From a virus: 64,000 nt of DNA. Position 1 is the stretch's first letter. Each line of letters opens with the position of its first letter. The DNA lies in IMG/VR virus record IMGVR_UViG_3300021600_000005, positions 1 through 64,000 of that record; one strand, written 5' to 3'. Below are positions 53,902 to 63,014 of this stretch, piece after piece. A program made the position numbers and the translations under genes. Below the pieces are notes generated by a model. That model was not told the origin of the DNA, did not search any database, and was given only the letters and a program-made list of their open reading frames with translations.

Positions 53902-53944
53902 TAAAAGATATCAGAAACGTCTGATTGTGTTCTTTGAAATATTA

Positions 53945-54808
53945 TTATCCGTTTGACGGATTAAAATGAAACCTTCGGGTTAATTTTGAACTCCGTCAAT
54001 AAATGATAATCGGCCGTGTATGGTCGTTAAATAAACCACGAAAGTGGGATAAAGTGAATTTACTTGTGTTAGTAAGTTTGCGGTTTCTTTAGAAACTCGA
54101 GTACACAAGTGGGATATCATCCGACCTTTATTACTGAGGGCGACGCTTTAAGGAAAGTGGTTGGATGGTTTGGGAATGTGGATTCTCAAACTGAGTTCGG
54201 AAGAACAATAAAAGTAACCCATAGGAATCAAGTAAAAAATGTGGCACCAACCATATAATTGCGGGTTCCAATGTTAAAGAGGACTTAAAACCGAAAGGTA
54301 AGATAAAGAACAAGTGGTGTTGTTATTATCCTTACATATCATCCGCCAAGATGTATGTTTGAAGTAATCTTAAAATATTGAGATAGGGATATTTCACTGA
54401 GTAGAAAAGCATTTTGATTCTCAAAAGGAGTTGAAGCTTAAGATGGACCTCTACTTGGACGCATCCACGACACATAAAACTTATACCAAATTTTAAGTAA
54501 AATTAAACTAAATATAAGCAAAAGTGTTCATCAGGTTTTGATGAAAGTCGCCTACATAGTCATGGGTTGTCCATGGCATACTAAGACCGCAAGTCGAAGT
54601 ATATTTTTACCAAAAACCTCTAAGGAGTCGAATCCTGAGTTAACTCGCAAGGTTAAGGAGAGTGGAGTAGTAAAAGAGTAGTTGAAACCTTTAGGAGTGA
54701 TTAGTCTAACTAATCGGCGATGAGACTTACCATTCAAAAGATGGTGGAAACAAAGGGAACTAATAATCCTTTAAAAGATTCTCACATATAGGTGTATTCT
54801 CAGCCTAA
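53945..54808 (+). ncRNA. Large structured ncRNA, GOLLD-like
   Basis: ~850 nt without a credible ORF; many GNRA/UUCG hairpins (CCTTCGGG, CACGAAAGTG, ACCGAAAGGT, CCGCAAG, CTCGCAAG); recurrent GAGTAG; tRNA/tmRNA neighbourhood. Confidence 0.65.
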
Positions 54809-55235
54809 ATTAAATATTGTAACAAAAATTGTTTATTAAATTAAACACTGGAGATGATACCTCATTACAATACAAGTGGTTCCCAAGTTGTTTCCTTCAT
54901 AACAACAGCAATGAACTAAAACTTGCAAAAATAAAATGAAAGGTTTTTTATTGGTGATTTAGTTAATTTATCACATTTTGGTACCACATCCAAAAAGATT
55001 AAAAAATAAACACTTTTTATGACTTCGGATGTCACAGGTTAGTTCAAACCAAAAAAACTCATGTCACTTTTGTTTAGAAAGTTTTGTTTTATAAACAGTC
55101 TTCTATTTTAGTGGTTAACTAAAAATGAAACAATTGAATAAACGGTTTTGTTAGAATTACCAAAAAAAAGTAACGTCACAAACTACTTTCGTATAATATC
55201 CAATTTACGTTCTAACAACTGGGTAAAGGCTAAAT

Positions 55236-55273
55236 AGGGAGGTTTGATTAGCCGTCAGACCTCCCTTTCTTTT
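55236..55273 (+). terminator. Intrinsic terminator
   Basis: AGGGAGGTTTGA...TCAGACCTCCCT plus TTCTTTTT. Confidence 0.8.
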
Positions 55274-55333
55274 TGAAAAATCTTTAATATTATTATGGTA
55301 CCCTTGAGGTATAAAAACTAAAAATTTAATAGC

Positions 55334-55669
55334 ATGGAAATGTATTATTTTTCTTTAGGTATTCTTTCGATTATTAGTCTAATTTTTTGTAGTCTAATTG
55401 TTTGGGGTTTAGTTAAGGTGATTAAAACAAAAAATGATTTAGAAAATTTCAAAGAGTCTTATAAATGGGATTTAGAATGTAACCATAGAAGATTTGATGA
55501 CAACAAAAGAGAGGTTAATCTTCATATGGAAGCTTTCAATAGAAATATTGAAGAGACCGTTAACAGTGTACACCGCTCAATTGATGAAAATTTTAATGAA
55601 TCTAGAAGTTACACCGACAAACGAATTGACAAATTTTTAAACAAGTCAATTGACTCTGAAAAGAATTAA
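55334..55669 (+). CDS. TM plus coiled-coil protein
   Basis: N-terminal hydrophobic helix. Confidence 0.55.
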   Translation: MEMYYFSLGILSIISLIFCSLIVWGLVKVIKTKNDLENFKESYKWDLECNHRRFDDNKREVNLHMEAFNRNIEETVNSVHRSIDENFNESRSYTDKRIDKFLNKSIDSEKN

Positions 55670-55670
55670 C

Positions 55671-55699
55671 AAAAACCCCACTTATATGTGGGGTTTTTT
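55671..55699. terminator. Bidirectional terminator
   Basis: AAAAACCCCAC-TTATAT-GTGGGGTTTTTT. Confidence 0.8.
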
Positions 55700-55702
55700 A
55701 AT

Positions 55703-56095
55703 TGGTGGAGGCGGAGGGCTCCGACTCCCTCGTCCAAGTAACCCCGATTAACCAGGACTACACGCTTAGTATAAAGTTTTCTAACTTTCCAAAAATACTT
55801 AATTCTCTTATTTTATAGTGGTTCGATTTATCAAGAACTTAACTTCCACTTGTCTCTTTTTGGGTAGAGTCCACACCATTGCAAGGACTTCTGTTCCTAG
55901 GTTATATGTCCGCCGACCCGAAACTGTTACTTAATCTAATTAAGCTACAGCAACTTCCTCAGTACGGATTAATCCAACTGATGAAAGTTTGTTGATGATG
56001 TTATCACCTGAAAAGTAAACCAGTTTTTACAAGGTTAGTTTAGCCTCGACGTGCCCCAATTAACAGAAAAAACCTGTCAAATCCAAAGCGCCCCC
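55703..56095 (-). ncRNA. ssrA: tmRNA
   Basis: 5' GGGGGCG..GGATTTGAC; 3' CGCCTCCACCA with G3:U wobble; tag ORF 56008-55940 GDNIINKLSSVGLIRTEEVAVA*. Confidence 0.9.
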
Positions 56096-56188
56096 AATAT
56101 GTTAATGAACGATTATTAAGATACAAATATAATTATAATTTGACAATTATCAAATTTTTAATATTTATTCTTAAACATATTTATAAAT

Positions 56189-57589
56189 ATGCCAGAACAA
56201 GAAGAAGAAAATAAAAACTTAGCTTATGAACATTCTAGGGTTTTATATGATACTGACGATTTGATGTTAGTTGAAGTTGAAAATTACGATGGGGCTAAGT
56301 ATTTTGGACCTAATTTTGTAGAAAGAAATTATTTTAAAAATTATAATAATGGTGTCTTGTATTTTATTATTAATAAAAAAGAAATAACTAAAGAGTCTTT
56401 TAAATCGTCAACCTATACAATTTATATTGAGGGTAAGGGCAATGAAACCCATATTTTTAATCCTTTGGGGGATAAAATTTCATTGTCTGAAATTATTAAA
56501 ACATTTCCAGTTTTAGAAACTCGTTTAATAGAAATACTAGGTGTTAGTGGTATATATTCAGCATTATTATCAATAAAGAATGGGAATGAAACGACTTCAT
56601 ACCAATTACAAAGACATGATGATTTAATATCTGGGTTTAAATTTAAAGAAAAATCTCCCGGTAATAGTATGGTATCTTTAACGTTTGCTAATGAAAGTAA
56701 ATTTTTTGAGTTATTTGGATTTGATGAAAATGACATGTGGGCTTTAAACGTAATTATGAGTAGATATGGAGCCGATGATGTATTTTACTCAAATGACTAC
56801 GCATATTCAGATTTTAAAGAAGGATACCTTATTAGGGAGTTTTCTAATGAAAATATGGATAAAGTCAAAGAAATAATATCGTATTTAGAACCATCAATAC
56901 TTCCTATAAATGATGAAAATGATAAATTAGAGAATGTTTCACAGATTTTATTTAAAACTTTTGAAAGTGAATGTGAATCATTTATTAATGATTATTCAAG
57001 TATGATGAATAACTGCAAACAAAGCGCAGCTCTTGACGATGTATACGATGATTTAGGGGATGTTTTAATTAAATATGGAATGTTAACTAAAACACCACTA
57101 TATAAATATTACACAACTGTATCAACTCTTTTAGCTCTATATGATATGACAGGAGTAAAAGATGGAAGTATAACTGATGTTTTAACTAAGTTACTAAATG
57201 ATTCTCACGGCGGAGGATGGTCCGATAGTTTATATGAATACGATTGTAAAGATTTTGGTAGTGAAGAATTTAATAACGGCGTTTCTTGGGAATTAGATAA
57301 AATGTTAGAACAACTTTTAGATTCTGATAAATTTGCTAATTTAGAAGTGTATAGAAAGGCTCTTTCAATTTTAGATAAATACACTATAGGGTTTACCTAT
57401 GAACTTCCAAGAAATAAAAAGGAAAAGTTTAAAATTATGAGTCTTGACCCGGCAACAAACAAATTTACAATAAGATATTTTTCAAGCGAAAATACTTCTG
57501 GTATTGGGACTAGAAATAATCCTGGAGAATTAAGGTCATTCACTTTGGATGAATTTAACAATTTTTTACATACACCAGAACTTTTTTAA
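56189..57589 (+). CDS. Large acidic hypothetical protein
   Basis: 466-aa ORF after TATTTAT; ends PELF like 48022-48351. Confidence 0.6.
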   Translation: MPEQEEENKNLAYEHSRVLYDTDDLMLVEVENYDGAKYFGPNFVERNYFKNYNNGVLYFIINKKEITKESFKSSTYTIYIEGKGNETHIFNPLGDKISLSEIIKTFPVLETRLIEILGVSGIYSALLSIKNGNETTSYQLQRHDDLISGFKFKEKSPGNSMVSLTFANESKFFELFGFDENDMWALNVIMSRYGADDVFYSNDYAYSDFKEGYLIREFSNENMDKVKEIISYLEPSILPINDENDKLENVSQILFKTFESECESFINDYSSMMNNCKQSAALDDVYDDLGDVLIKYGMLTKTPLYKYYTTVSTLLALYDMTGVKDGSITDVLTKLLNDSHGGGWSDSLYEYDCKDFGSEEFNNGVSWELDKMLEQLLDSDKFANLEVYRKALSILDKYTIGFTYELPRNKKEKFKIMSLDPATNKFTIRYFSSENTSGIGTRNNPGELRSFTLDEFNNFLHTPELF

Positions 57590-57625
57590 TTATTAATTAT
57601 TAAGATTTTTTAGTATATTTGTACT

Positions 57626-58459
57626 ATGGAAAGAAATTATGAATTATTAAAAAGTGTATTATCTGTAGCAACTCACACTTATCAGGAAGAATTAATGATT
57701 AATTTTATTGAAAATTGGTTAGTTGAAAATAATCTACCATATTTTGTTGATGATATGGGGAATATTTATGTAACAAAACAAACTGACCAAAATATTAAAT
57801 TTTTTCCATGTGTTGTCTCTCATACAGATACTGTACATAATATCGACACCATTAACATTCGAGAGACTATATTACCAAACACTCAAAATATAATGAAACC
57901 ATCTTTAAATGCCTTTAATAACGAAGGTAAACCAACTGGGATTGGCGGGGATGATAAATGTGGAGTTTACGCTTGTTTAGAATTACTTAAAGAATTACCT
58001 AATTTAAAGGCGGCGTTTTTTGTTTCAGAAGAAACTGGGTGTTATGGTTCAAGGTCAGCAAATAAATCATTTTTTGAAAATGTTGGTTATGCTATACAGT
58101 TTGACGCTCCTGGTAATAGAATGATTACTGAAATCTCTATGGGTACTAGGTTATTTGAACTAAATGGAGACTTTCATAAAATAACAAGTAATATTTTAAA
58201 TGAAGAATTTAACGGTACTGGAGAATATGGTTCACATCCATATACCGATATATATGCTTTAAAACATTTATTTGATTTTTCATGTATTAACATCTCTATT
58301 GGGTATTATAGATACCATACAAGAAATGAGTACGTGGTTATTGAAGATGTTTATAACGGTATTAATGTTGGAAAAAAAATAATTGAAGGACTGTCGTATA
58401 AAAAATACAAATATTTACCAGATTCAAATTATTTATTTAATACAAAAAAACAGTTTTAA
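57626..58459 (+). CDS. M20/M28-family zinc peptidase
   Basis: SHTDTV, GGDDKCG, EETG, FD, YHT. Confidence 0.8.
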   Translation: MERNYELLKSVLSVATHTYQEELMINFIENWLVENNLPYFVDDMGNIYVTKQTDQNIKFFPCVVSHTDTVHNIDTINIRETILPNTQNIMKPSLNAFNNEGKPTGIGGDDKCGVYACLELLKELPNLKAAFFVSEETGCYGSRSANKSFFENVGYAIQFDAPGNRMITEISMGTRLFELNGDFHKITSNILNEEFNGTGEYGSHPYTDIYALKHLFDFSCINISIGYYRYHTRNEYVVIEDVYNGINVGKKIIEGLSYKKYKYLPDSNYLFNTKKQF

Positions 58460-60522
58460 TCAATCTTTTTTTTCTTTCTTGTTTTTTTTGGTTTTTCTTC
58501 AATTTCATTTTGATTATCAGGCAAAAGTATTTTAACCAAGTTGTTTTCTGAAGTCAAAGAATAGTTACCATTTTCGATAATGTTACCTTTAATAATTTCT
58601 TCAGATATAAAATCTTCTATTTTATCCTGAATAGCTCTTTTTATTGGTCTTGCACCATATGTTTCATCAAACCCAACTTCAGAAATTAAATTTAAGACTG
58701 TTTCATCAAAAGTTATATTATAATTTAAACCAATTAACCTTTTAGATAGAACATCCAATTCTATAGTTACTATTTTTTTAATATCTTCTTTAACCAACGC
58801 GTTAAAAATTACTATTTCATCAACTCTATTTAAAAATTCAGGAGAAAAAAAGTTTTTAAGTTCTTTTTTTAACACATCTCTACGATGTTCTTCTTCAGCA
58901 TATGAATTATTAATAGTTTTAAATCCAACTCCAGTTCCAAAATCTTGTAATTTTTTTGAACCAATATTAGAGGTCATAATGATTACACAATTTTTAAAAT
59001 TAATTTTTTTACCTAAACTATCCGTTAAATGTCCTTCATCTAGTACTTGAAGTAACGTTGAAAAAATATCTTTATGGGCTTTTTCAACCTCATCAAATAA
59101 AATTACAGAATACGGTCTATTTTTAACTTGTTCAGTTAATTGTCCTCCATCTTCATAACCAACATACCCACTAGGAGCTCCAATTAATCTTGATATAGTG
59201 TGTTTTTCTTGATATTCTGACATATCCACACGAATTAAATTATCTTCACTACCAAACATTTCTTTTGCTAATTTTTTGGCCAATAACGTTTTACCAACAC
59301 CTGTTGACCCGAGAAAAATAAAAGAACCAATTGGTTTATTAGGGTCTTTTATACCTAACCTATTTCTTCTAATTGATTTTGCAACTTTTAATACCGCTTC
59401 TTCCTGACCAATAACTTTACCAGATAAATTATCTGCCAATTTTGATAATAAAACTGTTTCGTCAAAATTTAATTTTGTAATTGGAATTTTAGTCATATTT
59501 GATACGACCTCATAAACCAAGTCAATTGTGATTATTTTCTTTTTTATTAAGAGTTCTTCTTCAAATTTTTTCTTTTCAGAACTTAATTTATCTAAAATTT
59601 TCTTTTCTTTATCTCTAAGATTTGCGGCCTCTTCATAGTTTTGTTTTTTAACAACATCTATTTTTTGTTGTTTAATTTTTTGCGCCTGTTCTTTCAAATC
59701 GTCAATAACAAATGGCATTTTAACTTCAACCTGACTACGAGCTCCAACTTCATCAATAATATCAAATGCTTTATCTGGGAATTCTCTGTCTGTAATATAT
59801 CTTTCAGACAAATCAACACATAACGATAAAACTTCATCACTATAGAGTACTTTATGAAAAGTTTCATATTTATCCTTAACATTTTTAAGGATTTCTAAGG
59901 TTTCTTTTTTACTTGTTGGGTCAATTATTACTTTTTGAAAACGTCTTTCTAATGCTCCATCTTTTTCAAAGTTTTTTCTATACTCATCTAATGTTGTTGC
60001 TCCAACACATTGAATTTCACCTCTAGCTAACGCTGGTTTAAATATATTAGAAGCGTCTAAAGAACCTGAAGAATTACCGGCTCCAACGATTGTGTGTATT
60101 TCATCAATAAAAACAATAATATTAGATTGAGACTGAAGTTCATCTATAATAACTTTCATTCTTTCTTCAAATTGACCTCTGTATTTAGTTCCGGCAACAA
60201 TTGAGGTCATATCTAATGAAACTACTCTTTTATCCGCTAAATTTCTTGGACAATCACCATTATATATTTTTATTGCTAACCCTTCAATAATAGCCGTTTT
60301 TCCACTTCCTGGAGCCCCAATAATAATTGGGTTATTTTTTTTACGTCTAGATAAAATTTGAGCAATTCTCATTATTTCACGTTCACGTCCAATTACCGGG
60401 TCAAGTTTACCTTCCTCCGCCAATTTTATTAAATCTCTACTAAAGTTATCTAAAACTGGTGTTGGGGAGTCAGAATCTTTTTTTGGTTTTTGTTTACCAT
60501 CATTTTCTACAGAATCGGTCAT
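58456..60522 (-). CDS. clpC: ClpC-like AAA+ ATPase lacking the Clp-N domain
   Basis: GAPGSGKT, FIDEIH, DGALERRFQ, UVR helix, GSTGVGKT, LFDEVEKAH, GVGF loop, YGARP. Confidence 0.85.
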   Translation of the reverse strand: MTDSVENDGKQKPKKDSDSPTPVLDNFSRDLIKLAEEGKLDPVIGREREIMRIAQILSRRKKNNPIIIGAPGSGKTAIIEGLAIKIYNGDCPRNLADKRVVSLDMTSIVAGTKYRGQFEERMKVIIDELQSQSNIIVFIDEIHTIVGAGNSSGSLDASNIFKPALARGEIQCVGATTLDEYRKNFEKDGALERRFQKVIIDPTSKKETLEILKNVKDKYETFHKVLYSDEVLSLCVDLSERYITDREFPDKAFDIIDEVGARSQVEVKMPFVIDDLKEQAQKIKQQKIDVVKKQNYEEAANLRDKEKKILDKLSSEKKKFEEELLIKKKIITIDLVYEVVSNMTKIPITKLNFDETVLLSKLADNLSGKVIGQEEAVLKVAKSIRRNRLGIKDPNKPIGSFIFLGSTGVGKTLLAKKLAKEMFGSEDNLIRVDMSEYQEKHTISRLIGAPSGYVGYEDGGQLTEQVKNRPYSVILFDEVEKAHKDIFSTLLQVLDEGHLTDSLGKKINFKNCVIIMTSNIGSKKLQDFGTGVGFKTINNSYAEEEHRRDVLKKELKNFFSPEFLNRVDEIVIFNALVKEDIKKIVTIELDVLSKRLIGLNYNITFDETVLNLISEVGFDETYGARPIKRAIQDKIEDFISEEIIKGNIIENGNYSLTSENNLVKILLPDNQNEIEEKPKKTRKKKKID

Positions 60523-60616
60523 ATGTTTTTTTTTAAAAATATAACTAATAAAAATAAAAAACTCAACCTATTAAAAATTAAGTTTATAATTTTATAAAAT
60601 TTAATATATTTAAATT

Positions 60617-60859
60617 ATGGCAATTAAAAAAGAAACAATAGAAGGTACAAAGATTATTAATGAAATTGATTCTAGTAACTTATCAAAAACCGAATACGAT
60701 ACTGAAACTAAAAAACTTTTAGTTGAGTTTAAAAATGGTTTAAAATATGAATATTATGAAGTCCCTCATAAACTACACGTTCAATTTAGAATGTCTGAAT
60801 CTCAAGGTAAATTTTTTAGTTTAAATATCTCAAAAACATATAAGTATAAAAAAATATAA
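60617..60859 (+). CDS. KTSC-domain protein
   Basis: SSNL....YD.....L.VEFKNG..YEY..VP......F..SESQGKFF...I. Confidence 0.85.
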   Translation: MAIKKETIEGTKIINEIDSSNLSKTEYDTETKKLLVEFKNGLKYEYYEVPHKLHVQFRMSESQGKFFSLNISKTYKYKKI

Positions 60860-60889
60860 TATTAATATTTATTATGATATTTATTGTCA

Positions 60890-62935
60890 ATGAGTAATTT
60901 AAAAAACATTTTATCTAGTTTTAAACTTAGAAATACTTTAAACCTTAAAATTTGGGAGTTATCAGATAAAGATAAGGATTCAAATAACACTACTAATAAT
61001 TATAAAATTTACCCTGAAGTCAGAGAAAGACTTTTAGAAATTGCTTATCGTTTTATAGATAGTTTTGACATTGAGGTTGTTATTGATGATATCATAATAA
61101 CAGGTTCGTTAGTTAATTTTAACTGGTCAAAATTTTCAGATGTTGATTTACACGTTTTAATAAATTTTAAACAATTTCCAGAAAAACATAGACCTCTTTA
61201 TGTTGAATTATTGGACCTTAAAAAAGTTCTATTTAATTTAAAGTATAATATAAAAGTTAAAGGATTTGATGTTGAATTATACGCTCAAGATAAATCAGTA
61301 ACTAGTTTTAGTTCTGGAGTTTATTCCGTATTGTTTGATAAGTGGGAAAGTTTCCCTAACAAAGAAAAAGTTGAAATTGATAAAGAAGCGATTTTGAATA
61401 AAACAAATCAATGGACACAAATTATTGATTCCGCAATTGAAGAGGCTTCCGATAAAAATTTAGAAGACGGGTTAAAAATACTTAACAAATTTAAAGATAA
61501 ATTAAAAAAATATAGAACAAGTGGATTAGAAGAAGGTGGTGAGTATTCAAATGAAAATTTAGTTTTTAAAGCCTTAAGAAGAAATGGGTACATTGGAAAA
61601 TTATATGATTTTAAAAATAAGTTAATGAGTAATAAATTATCATTAACTGAATCTTATTTAAATGAAGCGAACACCTATGGTTTCCCTGAAGGTAATGTTG
61701 ATTCGGGGAAGGTATTAACAGGCGGTGTTGGAGGTAATTGGGGTGGTTCTATGGATATTGCGTTAGAAATATTAAGTTTTGCTAAAGATTGTAAAGGAGG
61801 GGATATAGTTGTTTCATCACAAAAAAGAAGTAGGAAAAAAACCGCATCTGGTAATGTTTCCGACCATTACGTTGGTAATTTAGGGGCATATGCTGTAGAT
61901 ATACCTACGAGTGGGAAACAAGGAGATGAATTGCTCTCATGTATAATGGAAAAATGGAATGGGGGGTCTAATAAAGATTATAAGGGGGGTAAATGGTTAA
62001 ACGTTAATGTTGGAGAATATAGATACCAATTTGGTTGGAGGGTTAAGGACCACTATGACCATATTCATGTTGGGGTTAAAAAAAATAACATAAAGTCAGG
62101 AATTGATACTGATTCTGAAATAAAAAATGAATTAGTTACTGATGCAGAAAAATCAGAATTTTTAGAAGAACTTAAATCAATTGCAAATTCTGATAAAACA
62201 TTTAAAAATCTTAAAACAGATGGTAATAGAATCCCATACGACCCTGATGTTGAAATAATTCAAACTTCATTACAATTTTTAGGGTTTTTATTGCCAAAAT
62301 GGGGTGTTGATGGAAAATTTGGACCTGAAACCGAAGCGTCGTCAAATGGATTTAAATCAAAGTATCTTCCAATACTTAAAAAATTTAAACATTTAATATC
62401 GTCTGAAAAAAATGTTTTAACAAGTGATGATATAAAAGTATTATACGCTTCTTTACTTGAAGAAGGTTTTGAAGAGTCTGATTTAACCGGTATACAAAAA
62501 AAGTCTGATTTTAGTAAAATGGATATTGGAGATGATAAAGAATTTTATGAACAAATTCTTAACTGTGTAGGAGCCCCAATAACGGAAGAAAATTTAAAAT
62601 TTTTATATGCTTGGAGGCAAGCAGAAAATGCTAACGCTGCTAATAACCCTTTCAATACTACTATGCCATTTAAAAACGCCACACTTTACGGAACAAATAA
62701 GGCAAAAGTAAAAGAATATCAAACACGTCAAGATGGTCTTGAAGCAACTTGTAAAACACTTAACTTAAGTTATTATACATGTATTGTTGATGGACTTGTT
62801 AATGACATTGGGGCTGAACTTATTTCAACAAAATGTGACTCCGCATTAAAAAAATGGGGGACTCATGCAACTACTCCATTAATAACAAAGGTATTAAAAG
62901 GTAAAATTGACCCACCACCAATTGCTACATCATAA
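60890..62935 (+). CDS. Pol-beta-type nucleotidyltransferase fused to peptidase-M15-like, PG-binding and lysozyme-like modules
   Basis: TGS..NFNWS..SDVDLH..DVELY; SDH...AVDI...HYDHIHVG; GVDGKFGPET; AWRQAE...NNPFNTT. Confidence 0.65.
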   Translation: MSNLKNILSSFKLRNTLNLKIWELSDKDKDSNNTTNNYKIYPEVRERLLEIAYRFIDSFDIEVVIDDIIITGSLVNFNWSKFSDVDLHVLINFKQFPEKHRPLYVELLDLKKVLFNLKYNIKVKGFDVELYAQDKSVTSFSSGVYSVLFDKWESFPNKEKVEIDKEAILNKTNQWTQIIDSAIEEASDKNLEDGLKILNKFKDKLKKYRTSGLEEGGEYSNENLVFKALRRNGYIGKLYDFKNKLMSNKLSLTESYLNEANTYGFPEGNVDSGKVLTGGVGGNWGGSMDIALEILSFAKDCKGGDIVVSSQKRSRKKTASGNVSDHYVGNLGAYAVDIPTSGKQGDELLSCIMEKWNGGSNKDYKGGKWLNVNVGEYRYQFGWRVKDHYDHIHVGVKKNNIKSGIDTDSEIKNELVTDAEKSEFLEELKSIANSDKTFKNLKTDGNRIPYDPDVEIIQTSLQFLGFLLPKWGVDGKFGPETEASSNGFKSKYLPILKKFKHLISSEKNVLTSDDIKVLYASLLEEGFEESDLTGIQKKSDFSKMDIGDDKEFYEQILNCVGAPITEENLKFLYAWRQAENANAANNPFNTTMPFKNATLYGTNKAKVKEYQTRQDGLEATCKTLNLSYYTCIVDGLVNDIGAELISTKCDSALKKWGTHATTPLITKVLKGKIDPPPIATS

Positions 62936-63014
62936 TAATTAATTTTAATTATAACAATTTGAATTAATTATATATTTATATAAAAATAATTTATTTAAAA
63001 AAAAAATAAAAAAA

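Noticed and set aside
53945-54808. rRNA fragment, RNase P RNA or self-splicing intron; also ORFs 54131-54313 and 54552-54737
   Set aside because: No recognisable rRNA/RNase P signature and no interrupted host gene; the short minus-strand ORFs look like chance frames.
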